Shown here piece after piece: positions 1-9,825 of a DNA stretch of 64,000 bases. The position numbers and the translations under genes are program-made. The notes beneath the pieces were generated by a model. That model was not told where the DNA came from, did not search any database, and saw only the letters and a program-made list of their open reading frames with translations. The DNA is from an uncultured delta proteobacterium. Lineage in GTDB: Bacteria; Desulfobacterota; Binatia; HRBIN30; BPIQ01. How positions within the stretch are numbered: the stretch's first letter is position 1; every line of letters starts with the position of its first letter. Location of the stretch: NCBI GenBank assembly GCA_963761335.1, contig CAVXGR010000005.1, positions 160,001 through 224,000 of the forward strand, written 5' to 3'.

Positions 1-101
1 GCCGCGGGAAACCCGCGATCACGATTACGAGTACGATTACGGGCACGAGCACGAAAAAGAGTACGCGTCTCGCCTCCTCGGGGATGGCGGCTACGCGGCC
101 G

Positions 102-1265
102 CTACTCGCAGGCCGGCAGCTGTGCCAAGCCGCCGACGGCGGTGAAGGTCGCGTCGGGGCTGTTGCCGCTCCAGCAGTTGCCGGTGCCGGTGCCGTCCCA
201 GACCAGGTCGGCGGCCAGCGCCGCGAGCAGCGGGTCCGACTGCGGCGCCGTGCCGTTGCCGACGAGCTCGTTGTCGGTGATGCGGTTCTGCTCCGGGTTC
301 GGATCGACGTCGATATCCGTGCACGGCACCGAGGGGTCGGAGCAGTAGCCGGCGACGATGACGCCGGCGAAGCCGTTGTTGCGGATGCTGTTGGTGCGCA
401 CCGCGACCATCGAGCCGCCGAGCACCACGATGCCGGTTCCCGGCGGCGTCGACTCGGTGGTGTCGCCCTCGCCGGCCGTGTTGGGGCGGTTGTTGTCGCG
501 CACCTGGTTGTCGGCGATGACGATGTTGGTCTGGTCCTTCTTCTGCAGACCCGGCATGATGTCGGCGACCAGCCCGAGGGTGTTGTCGAACAGCTGGTTG
601 CCGGTGGCGCTGACGTCGCTGCTGTTCTCGATCTCCATCCCCAGGATGTTGTCGTGGGCGATGTTCCCGCTCATGGTCACGTGGTCGCTCTGGCCGACGT
701 AGATGGAGGCGTCGAGGTCGGTGTTCTGCGCCTCGTTGTCCTCGAGGCTGCCGTTGTGCGAGCGCACCGGAAAGAAGCCGTAGAGGCGATTGCCGTCGGA
801 GAAGTTGCCGCGGATGGTGAAGCCGTCGACGCAGGCGAGATAGACGCCGAACTGATCGAAGCCGCGCACCGTGAAGCCCTGCAGCAGGAAGCCGTGGATC
901 AGGCCGCCGTTCTCGCCGCAGGGCGGATGCTCGCCCGGGCTCTCCGCCGCGGCGATCTCGGTGCTGTCGCCCGGAGCGACGACGAAGCCGTTCTGCTGCC
1001 CGCCGGCGTTCTCGAGAACCACGGGGCTGTCCGCGGTCGACTGGGCGATGAGCTGAACATCGTCGCGGGTGACGGTGACGGCGTTGGCGCTCGCCGGCGA
1101 CTCCCGGTAGACGCCCGGCTCCACGAAGATCACCGCACCCGACGGAGCGGAGTCCACGGCCGCCTGAATCGACTCGCCCGGATGAACGACGATCGCCGAG
1201 CTCCCACCATCGTCACAGCCGCAGAGCGCGACCGTTGCCAACAGCAACACGATCCATTTCGCCAT
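102..1265 (-). CDS. Right-handed parallel beta-helix repeat lipoprotein
   Basis: Lipobox-like MAKWIVLLLATVALCGC; 'VHPGESIQAAVDSA..G..I.V.PGVY' opening; Asn/Gly-rich beta-helix repeats. Start moved to ATG 1265. Confidence 0.8.
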   Translation of the reverse strand: MAKWIVLLLATVALCGCDDGGSSAIVVHPGESIQAAVDSAPSGAVIFVEPGVYRESPASANAVTVTRDDVQLIAQSTADSPVVLENAGGQQNGFVVAPGDSTEIAAAESPGEHPPCGENGGLIHGFLLQGFTVRGFDQFGVYLACVDGFTIRGNFSDGNRLYGFFPVRSHNGSLEDNEAQNTDLDASIYVGQSDHVTMSGNIAHDNILGMEIENSSDVSATGNQLFDNTLGLVADIMPGLQKKDQTNIVIADNQVRDNNRPNTAGEGDTTESTPPGTGIVVLGGSMVAVRTNSIRNNGFAGVIVAGYCSDPSVPCTDIDVDPNPEQNRITDNELVGNGTAPQSDPLLAALAADLVWDGTGTGNCWSGNSPDATFTAVGGLAQLPACE

Positions 1266-1418
1266 GGGCCGCTCCATAATCCCAAGCGCCCGCACACTGC
1301 AAATCCCGCACAGTAGGTTGCCGATCAGGCGTCAGTGCCCATCTCCGTCCCGGTGTGCCCAGGCTTCGGAGGCCGTCTCGGAACCTGCGCAAATTGCCCC
1401 CCGCCGGCCGGCGAGCCA

Positions 1419-1447
1419 AGTAGAAGCGGCGTCTCGCCGCTTCTACT
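1419..1447. repeat. GTAG-type REP palindrome, family A (single hairpin)
   Basis: AGTAGAAGCGGCG-TCT-CGCCGCTTCTACT perfect hairpin; same core at 7 other sites. Confidence 0.85.
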
Positions 1448-1514
1448 CCTGTTTGACGCACCAGGCGACACGCTGTGATTGACACCGAGCTCACCCCTGT
1501 GGTTGACGAGCAGC

Positions 1515-3437
1515 ATGCGCACAGGCCGAGTCCTATTGACGGCGCTCGCCGTCGCCGTGCTGATCGGTGTGGGCGGATGCGGAGGCGACGGCGGCAGCGG
1601 GGTTGTCTCCCCGAGCGGCGAGTGGCGGATGTTTGGGCGCACTGTCGAGCGGCAGTCGTTCAATGCCGACGAGACACAGATCAACCGCGACACCGTCGGC
1701 CGGCTGGTGCCGCGCTGGCGCTTTCTCACCGGCGCCATCGTCACCGCGGCGCCCGTGGTCGCCGATGTCGACATCGCCGGCGAGGGCCGGGTGCGCGCCG
1801 TCTTCATCGCCTCCTGGGACCGCAACTTCTACGCCCTGCGCGCCTCCGACGGCAGCCTCGTCTGGAGCTATCGTTTTGCCACCGACCCGGGATCCGATTT
1901 CGTCCAGGGCGCCTCGGCGGCCGTCGAGGACGTCGGCGGGCGCCGCCGGGTATTCGTCGCCAGTGGCGAGACCATGCACGCCCTCGACGCCGCCACGGGC
2001 GAGCTGCTGTGGCAGTTCACCGCCGGCACCGGCTGCACCAGCTGCGATCGCGAAACCGAGCGCAACGAGATTCTGTCGCCGCCGGTCGTGTACCGGGACA
2101 CCGTCTACTTCGGCATGGACGTCAACGAGATGGATTCCGGGAAGGGCGGCTTCTTCGCGGTCGACGCGCGCAGCGGCGATCTGCGCTGGTACTTCGATCT
2201 GCAGACCGGGGCGACCTGCCGGCCAGACACGGGCGATTCGGTGCATCGCTTCGACGGCTTTCACTCGGCCGACAGCCTCGGCCTGCCCGCCGACTTCTTC
2301 GCCACGCGCTCGGGTTGCGGCTTCGAGCGGCAGGGCGACGGCTGTGGCAGCGTTTACGGCGGCGCCGCCATCGACGTCGAGCGCGGCCTTCTCTACGCCG
2401 CCTCGAACAACTGCGACGGCGCCATCGGGGCACCGGCGCCGCGCTTTGACGAGGCGATCTTCGCTCTGACGCTGGACGGCACGCCGGTGTGGTCCTGGCG
2501 GCCGCGGGAGCTCGATCCGGCCGATCTCGATTTCGGCTCGACGCCGAACCTCTTCCGCGTCGAGATCGGCGGCGCCCGGCGCGACGTCGTCGGCATCGGC
2601 GCTAAGGACGGCACCTACTACCTCCTCGATCGAGACGGGGTGAACCCGCTCACCGGTGTCGTGGAGCCGTACTGGACCCGCAACGTGGTTCCGGGAGGGG
2701 CGGCGGGCGGCATCATCGCCAGCAGCGCCGTGGCCGGGGGCGGCGTGTTCTTCAGCACTGCCTTCGGCGGCGACGAGAACGGCCCGAGTGACTATCAGCG
2801 TCCTGCCGCCTGGGGGCTGAGCGCCGCCGACGGCAGCGTCCGCTGGAGCGATGCGGCGGCGCTGGCCAGCTTCTCGCCGACCAGCGCCGTTCCCGGCGTC
2901 GTCTTCATGGGATCGTTCAGCGGCACCCTGTACGCGCGCGACGCGGACACCGGCGAGGTGCTGGCCCAGCTGAGCGCCGGCAGCCCGCTCTACTCGCAGG
3001 CCGTGGTCGCCGACGGGCAGCTGTACGTCGGCGCCGGCAGCGGCACCCGCGAGGACGCCCCGGAAGACATTTCCTACGTCGTGTCGCTGATTCCGAGCCC
3101 GATATCGGCGTTCTGCATTTCCGGCACCGACGGCTGCCCCGAGTCGGGAGTCTGTATCGACGCCAATCCCTGTACCGCGGACGAACGCGACGCGGACGGG
3201 GGCTGCCACAACCCATCGCTTGCCGACGGCACCAGCTGCAGCGTCGGCGCTCTCGGCGGTCAGTGCCGCGGCGGAACCTGTGACCTGCCCGAGCTCGACT
3301 GTGACGACCACAACCAGTGCACCGCCGATGCGCGCAAGGCCGATGCCTGCACGTATCAGTCGCGTCCGGCCGGCACCCCGTGCACCGTCGGTGACCGCCA
3401 GGGCGCCTGCACGGGCGGCGTTTGCCTCCTGGATTAG
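1515..3437 (+). CDS. PQQ-type beta-propeller lipoprotein with C-terminal Cys-rich repeats
   Basis: Signal/lipobox 'IGVGGC'; repeated 'ALDAATGELLWQF'-type PQQ-like repeats; 'DLDFGSTPNLF'; C-terminal C.D.N.CT.D repeats. Confidence 0.8.
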   Translation: MRTGRVLLTALAVAVLIGVGGCGGDGGSGVVSPSGEWRMFGRTVERQSFNADETQINRDTVGRLVPRWRFLTGAIVTAAPVVADVDIAGEGRVRAVFIASWDRNFYALRASDGSLVWSYRFATDPGSDFVQGASAAVEDVGGRRRVFVASGETMHALDAATGELLWQFTAGTGCTSCDRETERNEILSPPVVYRDTVYFGMDVNEMDSGKGGFFAVDARSGDLRWYFDLQTGATCRPDTGDSVHRFDGFHSADSLGLPADFFATRSGCGFERQGDGCGSVYGGAAIDVERGLLYAASNNCDGAIGAPAPRFDEAIFALTLDGTPVWSWRPRELDPADLDFGSTPNLFRVEIGGARRDVVGIGAKDGTYYLLDRDGVNPLTGVVEPYWTRNVVPGGAAGGIIASSAVAGGGVFFSTAFGGDENGPSDYQRPAAWGLSAADGSVRWSDAAALASFSPTSAVPGVVFMGSFSGTLYARDADTGEVLAQLSAGSPLYSQAVVADGQLYVGAGSGTREDAPEDISYVVSLIPSPISAFCISGTDGCPESGVCIDANPCTADERDADGGCHNPSLADGTSCSVGALGGQCRGGTCDLPELDCDDHNQCTADARKADACTYQSRPAGTPCTVGDRQGACTGGVCLLD

Positions 3438-4909
3438 TTCCCGGCGAGAGGAAGAGGGCCGCTGAGCTTCGGATGATGGCGGCGCATCCGGCTCACGACC
3501 TCGGTGTACGCCACGTCGTTCAGGCGAAACGGCGGCGGTGCCGAGTCGAGGCTGGCGTGAAAGCGCATCAGCTGCAGATAGCGGCGCATCAGCTCGGGTA
3601 GGAGAAAATTGCGGCGGACGTGCTCCCGGCCGCGGCGGCCGCGGGCGGCGGCGTCTTCCGGGTCGTCGAGAGCCGCCGCCATGGAGGCGGCGATGCCGGA
3701 GGTGTCCATCGGCTCGAGCAGCCAGCCGGTCTCGCCGTCGATGACCTGGCGCACGATGCCGCCGACGCGAGAGCCGATGACCGGGACTCCCTGCCACATC
3801 GCCTCGGAGACCACCAGTCCGAAGCCCTCGCGAGTGGAGACGTGCACGAAGGCGCGCGCCAGACGCATGAGCGCGCCGACGACGCGGTCGTTGTCCGCTT
3901 CGTTCACCCAGAAGCGCACGCTGTCGTCGTCGCCGGCGCGGGCGCGCAGCGCCGCCAGCATGGTCTCTCCCTCGGGGTCGTCGGAAGCGGTGTTGCCGAG
4001 AAAGATGAGATACGGGTCGGCAGGGTAGCGGCGCTGGCGCCGCAGCTGGTGGAAGGCATCGATGATGGCCGCCTGGTTCTTGTGGATGTCGTAGCGCGAG
4101 ATCGCCGCGAAGATCGGCCGCTCCGGATCGATGCCGTCGCGGCGGAAGAGCGGCGCCAGCGCCTCGATCGCCTCGGCGTGGGTGCGCTGGCGGTTCTTCT
4201 CGGCGAGCGGATCGATGGCAGGGGTGATCTGGTAGAGAGGCACGTGCAGGCCCGGGCCGACGAACTCCGGCATGGTGAAGATGGCGCCGGCGCAGTGGTT
4301 GATGTACGGCAGCAGAAAACGCCAGATCACCGGGCTGGGCGCCGAGGTGTCGATGTGGCACCGCCAGAGGACGTTGCCGAAGAGCACGCCGCTCATGATC
4401 AGCGCCGCTGGCTGCGGGTCGTGCACCACCACCAGGTCGGCGTTGATCCCCGAGATGCCGCGCGAAGTGCTGTCGATGGTGCCGAGGTAGGAGTCGAAGA
4501 TCTCCTCGATCGAGATCGGCAGGTCCATGCCCTGGAGCATGCTGTGAAACTTCTTGGTGACGCTGAAGAAGCCGTCGTGGCTCTGGATGGCGTACCAGCG
4601 CGCGTCGATGCCCAGCCCGTGCGCCAGGCGCAAGGCGCTGCGCAGGATCTCGGCGACGCCACCGCCGGTGAAGGTCGAGTTGACGTTCGCCCAGGTGCGC
4701 CCGGCGACCGAGTCCGCCAGGCGGCGGAGCTCGTCCACACCCTCGCGGCCGATGAAGGGTGCGTATGACTCGGGGGCCAGAGGCGCCTCGGCCACGTACT
4801 CGCAGAGCCGGCTCCCCGGGGTGCCGTCGCCGGCGTGGCCGTTCATTGCGGCGTGGCCGTTGCCGTTCCCGTTACCGCCTCCGGCCAGCTCGATGCCGTT
4901 GCGTGCCAT
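3434..4909 (-). CDS. GT4 glycosyltransferase, trehalose synthase TreT-like
   Basis: 'NVNSTFTGGGVAEIL', 'VHDPQP', 'WRCHIDTS', 'REGFGLVVSEAMWQGVPVIG' motifs typical of TreT; start uncertain (ATG 4909 chosen). Confidence 0.8.
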   Translation of the reverse strand: MARNGIELAGGGNGNGNGHAAMNGHAGDGTPGSRLCEYVAEAPLAPESYAPFIGREGVDELRRLADSVAGRTWANVNSTFTGGGVAEILRSALRLAHGLGIDARWYAIQSHDGFFSVTKKFHSMLQGMDLPISIEEIFDSYLGTIDSTSRGISGINADLVVVHDPQPAALIMSGVLFGNVLWRCHIDTSAPSPVIWRFLLPYINHCAGAIFTMPEFVGPGLHVPLYQITPAIDPLAEKNRQRTHAEAIEALAPLFRRDGIDPERPIFAAISRYDIHKNQAAIIDAFHQLRRQRRYPADPYLIFLGNTASDDPEGETMLAALRARAGDDDSVRFWVNEADNDRVVGALMRLARAFVHVSTREGFGLVVSEAMWQGVPVIGSRVGGIVRQVIDGETGWLLEPMDTSGIAASMAAALDDPEDAAARGRRGREHVRRNFLLPELMRRYLQLMRFHASLDSAPPPFRLNDVAYTEVVSRMRRHHPKLSGPLPLAGN

Positions 4910-5184
4910 CAGTACAGGCGATCCAGCACGCCACATGCCAGGAGGGCCATGTAGCCGGGACAGTCGAAGAATGGCGGCCGAATGCAGCGGTCGCGGTGCT
5001 TGCTTGGCGCTACGGGTCCTATCATCGCACCTTGGCGCCGCGCCTTCCCCCCCCGGAAATTCGCGGCGATGCTTCAGGGTCACCGTTTGAGCGGCGTTTC
5101 TCAAGCGAAAAGTAAAGGCCGCGGCGCGCCGGCGATTCCGGTGCTTCGTGATCGCGGCGCCGGGTTGCTAGGATACGGCCGGAC

Positions 5185-6096
5185 ATGAAACCGCCTGCCT
5201 TCTCCCTCCGCCAGCTGCAGTACGCCGTCGCCGTCGCCGAGGCGCGCAGCTTCCGGCGCGCCGCCGAGAGCTGCCACGTCTCGCAGCCGTCGCTGAGCGC
5301 CCAGCTCGCCCAGCTGGAGCAGGCGCTCGGCGTGCGGCTCTTCGAGCGCGACCGCCGCCGGGTGCTGCTCACGCGTGCCGGCGAGGATCTGATCGCCCGC
5401 GCCCGGGAGGTTCTGCGCGAGGTGGACGACCTGACGGCGGCAGCGACCCGGCTGGGCGATCCGCTCACCGGAACGCTGCGCATCGGCGTCGTTCCCACCG
5501 TCTCGCCCTACCTGCTGCCGGAAATCGTTCCGGCGCTGCGCCGCCACCACCCGCGCCTCACCGTGCTGTGGAACGAGGAGAAGACCGAGGCGATCCTCGA
5601 CGACCTCGGCGCCGGGCGTCTCGAGGCGGCGATCATGGCCGTGGTCGCCGGCATGAGCGATTTCGATCAGGAGGTCATCGGCGAGGACGAGTTCGTGCTC
5701 GCCGGTCCGCGCCAGCATCCACTGCTGCGCGCCAGGCGCGCGGCGCGGCTCGCCGATCTCGACGGGCAGCGACTCCTCCTGCTCGAGGACGGGCACTGCT
5801 TCCGCGACCAGGCTCTGGCTCTGTGCAGCCAGGCGAACGCCCGCGAGGCCGACTTTCGCGCCACCAGTCTGTCGACCCTGGCGCAGATGGTCGCCGGTGG
5901 CGCCGGCGTGACCCTGCTGCCGGAGATGTCGCTCGACGTCGAGAATCGGGGGGGCGATCTCGCCCTGCGCCGCTTTGCCGCACCGGCACCGCGCCGCACC
6001 ATTGTGCTGGCCTGGCGCAGGCGCTCTCCGTTTGCCGCCGGGCTCCGGGAGCTGGCGGCCACCATGCGCAAGGCCTACCCGCGGCGAAAGAAGTAG
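5185..6096 (+). CDS. oxyR: LysR-family hydrogen peroxide-inducible regulator OxyR
   Basis: LysR HTH 'SFRRAAESCHVSQPSLSAQL'; OxyR redox motif 'LLEDGHCFRDQALALC' with both Cys; 'RATSLSTL'. Confidence 0.85.
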   Translation: MKPPAFSLRQLQYAVAVAEARSFRRAAESCHVSQPSLSAQLAQLEQALGVRLFERDRRRVLLTRAGEDLIARAREVLREVDDLTAAATRLGDPLTGTLRIGVVPTVSPYLLPEIVPALRRHHPRLTVLWNEEKTEAILDDLGAGRLEAAIMAVVAGMSDFDQEVIGEDEFVLAGPRQHPLLRARRAARLADLDGQRLLLLEDGHCFRDQALALCSQANAREADFRATSLSTLAQMVAGGAGVTLLPEMSLDVENRGGDLALRRFAAPAPRRTIVLAWRRRSPFAAGLRELAATMRKAYPRRKK

Positions 6097-6109
6097 GGGG
6101 CGCGACGCC

Positions 6110-8200
6110 TCAGGCCGCGGAGCGGCGCTGGGATTCGGAGGCGACTGGTAGCACCAGCGTGAAGGTGCTGCCCCGGCCGACCTCGCTGTCGAGCTCCACG
6201 GCTCCCCCGTGTGCTTCGGCGATCGAGCGCGCGATGTGCAGGCCGAGCCCAGTGCCCTCGACACTGCCGGCGGAGCGCGTGCGCGCGTACTTCTCGAAGA
6301 GCAGGGTGCGGTCCTCCGGCGAAATGCCCATGCCGGTGTCGCGCACGGCGATGGCGAGCTGCTGTTCGTCCGCCGTGGCGGTGACCTCGACGCATCCGCC
6401 GCCACCGGTGAACTTGACCGCATTGGAGACGAGATTGCTGATAGCCCGCGCCAGCAGCTCGGGATCGGCTTCGATCTCCGGGAGGTCGGGCGCGGCGCTC
6501 GCCTGCAGGCGGATGACTTTCTGCGACGCCGCCAGAGAAAACTGATCGACGACCTCCCGCAGCATCTCGTCGACCCGCACCGGCTCGAGGCGAGGCGTCA
6601 CCGGACGCGCCTCGACCGACGCCGAGTCGAGAATGCCGCCGACCAGGTCCAGAGCGCGCCTGCTGGCCTCCTGGATGCGCCGCGCCATGTCGGTCTGCTC
6701 TTCCTCGTCCACCTCGTGGATGAGGCAGGCGTAGGAGTACACCACCTGGAGGGGATTCTTGAGATCGTGAGAGAGGGAGCTCACCGCCTCGCCGCGGATC
6801 TCCTCGGCACGCCGGTGGAAGGCGCGCAGCTGGCGGACGGCGTAGGAAACCACCCAGGCCGCCAGCAGCAGGCAGGCGCTCACCAGAACGATGCCCGCGA
6901 CCTGGCTGTCGACGGAACGCGTGTAGGGGAAATAGTGGTCGAGGAGCCGGGTTTGCTCCGCCCAGATCAGAGCCGCATAGCTCAGAGCGCCGGCGGTCGC
7001 GGCGGCGAAGGCGGCGCGCTCGGCGAAGATCAGTCCGGTGACCCCAACGATGATCACGTAGAACATCGGGCCTGCGGTTGCCTCGATGCCGCCGCCCAGA
7101 TGGATGACGTAGGTGACGGCGAGGATGTCCGCCGCCATGGCGAGGGCGGCGATCCAACGCAGGTCGCGGCCGGTGCTGAGCGCCCCGATGGCGTTCGGCA
7201 CCAGGGCGAGGAAGAGCGCTGCGGTGCCGGCGGGCACGTATGCGCTCGGCACCACCAGCTGCTTGAGCAGCAGGAGCGCTGCCAGATTGAAGGCGATGAC
7301 GGCGCTGTGGAACAGGAAGATTCGCTGCAGTCCGGCGCGGCCGATGACGGTCGATTCGGCGGCGTCGAGGCGGGCCGGGCGCAGAGCTTCGAGCCGCGCG
7401 GTCTCGAGGACATTGTGCACCAGCTCGATGGCCTCGGCGGCGTGTTGGCGCACCGACAGGGCGGAATGCAGTCGTTGCGCGCCGTGACCCGATTCGATCC
7501 GGCGAGCCCACGCCAGACACTGCTCGAGCGGATGCTGGAGCAGGCGCGAGAGGCGGGCCACGGACTCGCGCCGATGAATCTCAGCCAGCTGGAAGCGGTC
7601 GCGCAGGTTGCGCACCGCGTAGGTCACCATGGCCGCGGCGATTGTCAATCCGAGGCTGACCATGATGACGACCACGCCCTGACGAATGGGCGAGCGCATG
7701 TAGGGGTAGAAATGGGGGAGCCATCCAGCGGTTTCGGCCCATGCCATGGTCGCGTACGAGACGGCCGCAACCGCGGCGATCACCCAGACGGCCGACTCGG
7801 AGAGAGTGATTCCGGCCAGTCCGATAATGACCACGTAGGCCATTGGACCGCTCACGATCTCCGTGCCGCCGCCGCGATGGATGCAGCCGGTGATGGCGAT
7901 GACGTCGAGGAGGAAGATCAGAAGCAGCACTCGCGGCGAGGCGGGTCGCGGCCACAGGGCGACGGCAGTGCTCGCCAGCAGACACGGCATGAGGCCGACG
8001 GTACCTGCCCAGGCGTTCATGGGCGGGAGTATCGTCTCCTGGATCACCCAGAAGGCGGCGATCAGCAGCAGCAGGGTCGCGGAGATGGCGGCGTGGATGG
8101 CGCGGATGTTCGCTGCCGGCAGCTCCAGGGAGCGCGGGTCGACACTCTCGTAGTCCGCCGAGTACAGGCGGCGCAGCCACTCCCCACGCACGCGAAGCAT
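6110..8200 (-). CDS. Membrane sensor histidine kinase with duplicated TM/HisKA module
   Basis: H-box 'SHDLKNPL', N-box 'NLVSNAVKFT', G1 'DTGMGI', G2 'GTGLGL'; multiple TM helices; start at ATG 8200 preferred. Confidence 0.88.
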   Translation of the reverse strand: MLRVRGEWLRRLYSADYESVDPRSLELPAANIRAIHAAISATLLLLIAAFWVIQETILPPMNAWAGTVGLMPCLLASTAVALWPRPASPRVLLLIFLLDVIAITGCIHRGGGTEIVSGPMAYVVIIGLAGITLSESAVWVIAAVAAVSYATMAWAETAGWLPHFYPYMRSPIRQGVVVIMVSLGLTIAAAMVTYAVRNLRDRFQLAEIHRRESVARLSRLLQHPLEQCLAWARRIESGHGAQRLHSALSVRQHAAEAIELVHNVLETARLEALRPARLDAAESTVIGRAGLQRIFLFHSAVIAFNLAALLLLKQLVVPSAYVPAGTAALFLALVPNAIGALSTGRDLRWIAALAMAADILAVTYVIHLGGGIEATAGPMFYVIIVGVTGLIFAERAAFAAATAGALSYAALIWAEQTRLLDHYFPYTRSVDSQVAGIVLVSACLLLAAWVVSYAVRQLRAFHRRAEEIRGEAVSSLSHDLKNPLQVVYSYACLIHEVDEEEQTDMARRIQEASRRALDLVGGILDSASVEARPVTPRLEPVRVDEMLREVVDQFSLAASQKVIRLQASAAPDLPEIEADPELLARAISNLVSNAVKFTGGGGCVEVTATADEQQLAIAVRDTGMGISPEDRTLLFEKYARTRSAGSVEGTGLGLHIARSIAEAHGGAVELDSEVGRGSTFTLVLPVASESQRRSAA

Positions 8201-8324
8201 CGTCCCCTGGGAACAGCATGTGCCATGCCACGCCGGAGACGATTTCCAGACGAGCGCGACGTGACCAGAACGAGCGCTGGGCGTGCAGGGCTGTATAGGG
8301 GCCCGCGAGTCCTTTGACGCCCGC

Positions 8325-9173
8325 TCAGCCGCGGGCGCCAAAGTCGCGTCGCATGCGCTCCCCCATGCGCAGGTTGATCCATTCCACGGCCCATGGCGCC
8401 AAGCGCTTCAGGAAGTACATGGCCCAGGCTTCGGGGGAGACCGGCGCCACGGCGCGGTTGCGCCGGATCGCCTTGAGGATGTTGTCGGCGACGCGCTCGG
8501 GAGTGTAGTTGCGGCGCTCGTAGAGGCGCACCATCTGCTCCCGCGCCTGCTCGGTTGCCGCCGGGCCGCGCAGGGGCGAGGTGCGGGTGATCGCCGTGTT
8601 GATGATTCCGGGGCACACGGCGGTGACGCCGATGCGATGCCGACGGAGCTCCTGGCGCAGCGCCTCGCTGAAGCCGAGCACCGCGAACTTGGTGGTCGAG
8701 TAGGCGAGCAGCGCTTCCGTGGCGACGTAGCCGGCGGCCGAGGAGATGTTGACGACGTGCCCGCCGCGATGGCGCTCGATCATGCGCGGCACGAAGAAGT
8801 GACAGCCGTGCACCACGCCCATGAGGTTGATGCCGATGATCCAGTCCCAGTCCTCGAGCGAGGTGTCGAGCAGGCCGGCGCCCAGTCCGACGCCGGCGTT
8901 GTTCACCAGAATGTCGAGCGCCTCGATCTTCTCGTGCACGGCCGCGGCAAGCGCCTCCATCTGCTTGCGGTCGGAGACGTCCACCGGGCGCGCCAGCACC
9001 TCGCGGCCGAGGGCGCGGATCTGCTGCTCGGTGGCGGCGAGCCCATCTTGGTTGCGGTCGCAGATGACCGCGTTCGCCCCGCGGCGCGCCAGGGCGAGCG
9101 CCGTTGCCTTGCCGATGCCGCTCGCTGCGCCGGTCACCAGAAACGTCTTTCCCGCCAGATTCGCGATGTCCAT
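8325..9173 (-). CDS. Short-chain dehydrogenase/reductase (SDR)
   Basis: TGAASGIG, NNAG, YSTTK catalytic motif. Confidence 0.92.
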   Translation of the reverse strand: MDIANLAGKTFLVTGAASGIGKATALALARRGANAVICDRNQDGLAATEQQIRALGREVLARPVDVSDRKQMEALAAAVHEKIEALDILVNNAGVGLGAGLLDTSLEDWDWIIGINLMGVVHGCHFFVPRMIERHRGGHVVNISSAAGYVATEALLAYSTTKFAVLGFSEALRQELRRHRIGVTAVCPGIINTAITRTSPLRGPAATEQAREQMVRLYERRNYTPERVADNILKAIRRNRAVAPVSPEAWAMYFLKRLAPWAVEWINLRMGERMRRDFGARG

Positions 9174-9258
9174 GCGGTCCTGCTACTACGGCCGTCGAGG
9201 GCAGGGAAGAGTGCGGTTGAAAGTCACGGGAGGCCCGGTCATGCTGCGGCCGATGATT

Positions 9259-9825
9259 ATGGCACGCACCGCGGCGGTGTCGGCGTTGCTGTCGGTCGCC
9301 GTTCTCTCGGCAGGCTGCTCTGCACGTCGTTCTCCCGCTGCGTCGCCCGCAAGCGCCGTCGCCGGTCCGCGCATCATCATCGGCTCGGTGCGGGGGACGC
9401 CGATGAGCGCGGTTCGCGTGCCGATCTCGCTCGCGAGCGGCGGCGTTGAGGCGATCGTCGTCGGTCCTCTCGAGCTCGCCTACCCGCCGGCCGCTCTGAA
9501 GTTTCTGGGCTGCTCGCGCGCCGTGCCTCCCGAGTTTCGGGTGGACTCGGTGTCGCTCCACCCCGGCAGTGTGCGGCTCATCGTCGATTCGGTGGAAAAC
9601 CGGGTCATCCCCGACGGGCCTCTGGCAACCTGTTTGTTCGCCATCGCGCCGCAGGCGCCGCGCGGCCCGGCACCTCTGACCTTTCAGGGGAGCGGCATGA
9701 GTGACGTCGAATTCCACGATCTCGACGTCCGTGGCGAGAACGGCGCCGTGCAGGTCGTCCTGCCCTCGGAGCTGCGCCCGGGAGCCGCGCCGGCGGCGCC
9801 GCCGGCGCCGTTCCATCATCCATGA
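9259..9825 (+). CDS. Lipoprotein with cohesin-like beta-sandwich domain
   Basis: 'LLSVAVLSAGC' lipobox; 'GSVRGTP..AVRVPISL...LAY...L.F...VRLIV...IPDGPLATC.F.I' cohesin-like pattern; stop overlaps next ATG. Confidence 0.55.
   Translation: MARTAAVSALLSVAVLSAGCSARRSPAASPASAVAGPRIIIGSVRGTPMSAVRVPISLASGGVEAIVVGPLELAYPPAALKFLGCSRAVPPEFRVDSVSLHPGSVRLIVDSVENRVIPDGPLATCLFAIAPQAPRGPAPLTFQGSGMSDVEFHDLDVRGENGAVQVVLPSELRPGAAPAAPPAPFHHP

Noticed and set aside
1533..4361. Long alternative-frame ORFs (also 34384-37062, 6209-8317, 62122-63315 and similar)
   Set aside because: Arg/Ala/Gly-rich shadow ORFs of high-GC coding sequence that overlap motif-bearing genes.
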